DNA of 64,000 bases, from the NCBI GenBank assembly GCA_000934665.2, contig JYFJ02000499.1, positions 1 to 64,000 of the forward strand, read 5' to 3'. The notes under the pieces were generated by a model. That model did no database searches. It was not told the origin of the DNA and saw only the letters and a list, made by a program, of their open reading frames with translations. Positions 63,501 through 64,000 of the stretch are shown piece by piece (the first letter of the stretch is position 1; every line of letters starts with the position of its first letter). Source of the DNA: Catajapyx aquilonaris. Taxonomy: Eukaryota. The translations under genes were made by a program, and so were the position numbers.

Positions 63501-64000
63501 TAAATTAATAGAATTAATAGTTTTTTTTCCCTTAATTTGTGTTCATTTAATATGCGTTTTGTACAGTACGAGCCCAAATTGCTCAATTATGAATATTATG
63601 ATTGTAAAAAAAATCAGGAATTCTCTCTTACTTTCTGTGCATTTAGCGTTAAATAGATAATAGTGCATTTATTGCATCGTGAAAAGAGGCAACATTGCCC
63701 GAAGGAACACCCTGTACTTGGACCTGATCTGAACTATAAACTGCGGCTGAAATCAATCACCAGATTGTTATCAAGCTATTTTAGGCTTAGGTACGTAGCT
63801 TATGTGTACTCAGTTTCATGGAGATAAACACCCATAAATCATCTGCACTAGCCAGCAGTAGGCGCAATCTCAATTTTTCGGTAATTCCTTGATGTATACG
63901 TTGCTCGTAAATAACGCTGCACCCAATTACTGCTGCTGGCGCACATGATGGCATAACCTTTTTTTAGAAACATTACCGACACTCCCGGTAATTTAACTTC

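Larger units (their letters stand above)
5780..64000 (+). other. Giant intron 2 (>58 kb, runs off the end of the window)
   Basis: Donor at 5780. No further LDLa (DCxDxSDE), EGF or YWTD coding segment was recognised downstream on the + strand. Small exons could have been missed by eye. Confidence 0.7.

Noticed and set aside
1..64000. Prokaryotic or phage systems (CRISPR array, operons, IS elements), rRNA, autonomous transposon or retroelement ORFs
   Set aside because: No regularly spaced repeat-spacer structure, no long ORFs and no rRNA-like sequence; the architecture is spliceosomal.

Overview
Eukaryotic genomic DNA, most likely from an invertebrate animal. CpG is plentiful, poly-G/poly-C runs and (GA)n microsatellites are common, and there is no operon structure. 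The window holds the 5' end of one + strand gene of the LDL-receptor family, resembling arthropod lipophorin receptor/VLDLR. A signal-peptide exon (300-375) splices in phase 1 across a 5.3 kb intron to a single LDLa-repeat exon (5657-5779), giving [67 protein letters not shown] found no further LDLa or other recognisable coding exon, so the remaining >58 kb appears to be one giant intron. The ORF track otherwise looks spurious. The most notable signals lie in that intron: (1) two polypyrimidine-CAG|GTAAG junctions (19753/19754 and 57520/57521) that look like recursive-splicing ratchet points; (2) two speculative alternative phase-1 signal-peptide exons; (3) a cluster of SRE-1-type (SREBP) motifs at 28-38 kb; (4) a 51-bp palindrome carrying two STAT-type sites; (5) an inverted pair of a short interspersed repeat 17.5 kb apart; (6) several small MITE-like or duplicated relics. 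All motif calls and counts were made by eye and need computational and RNA-seq confirmation.
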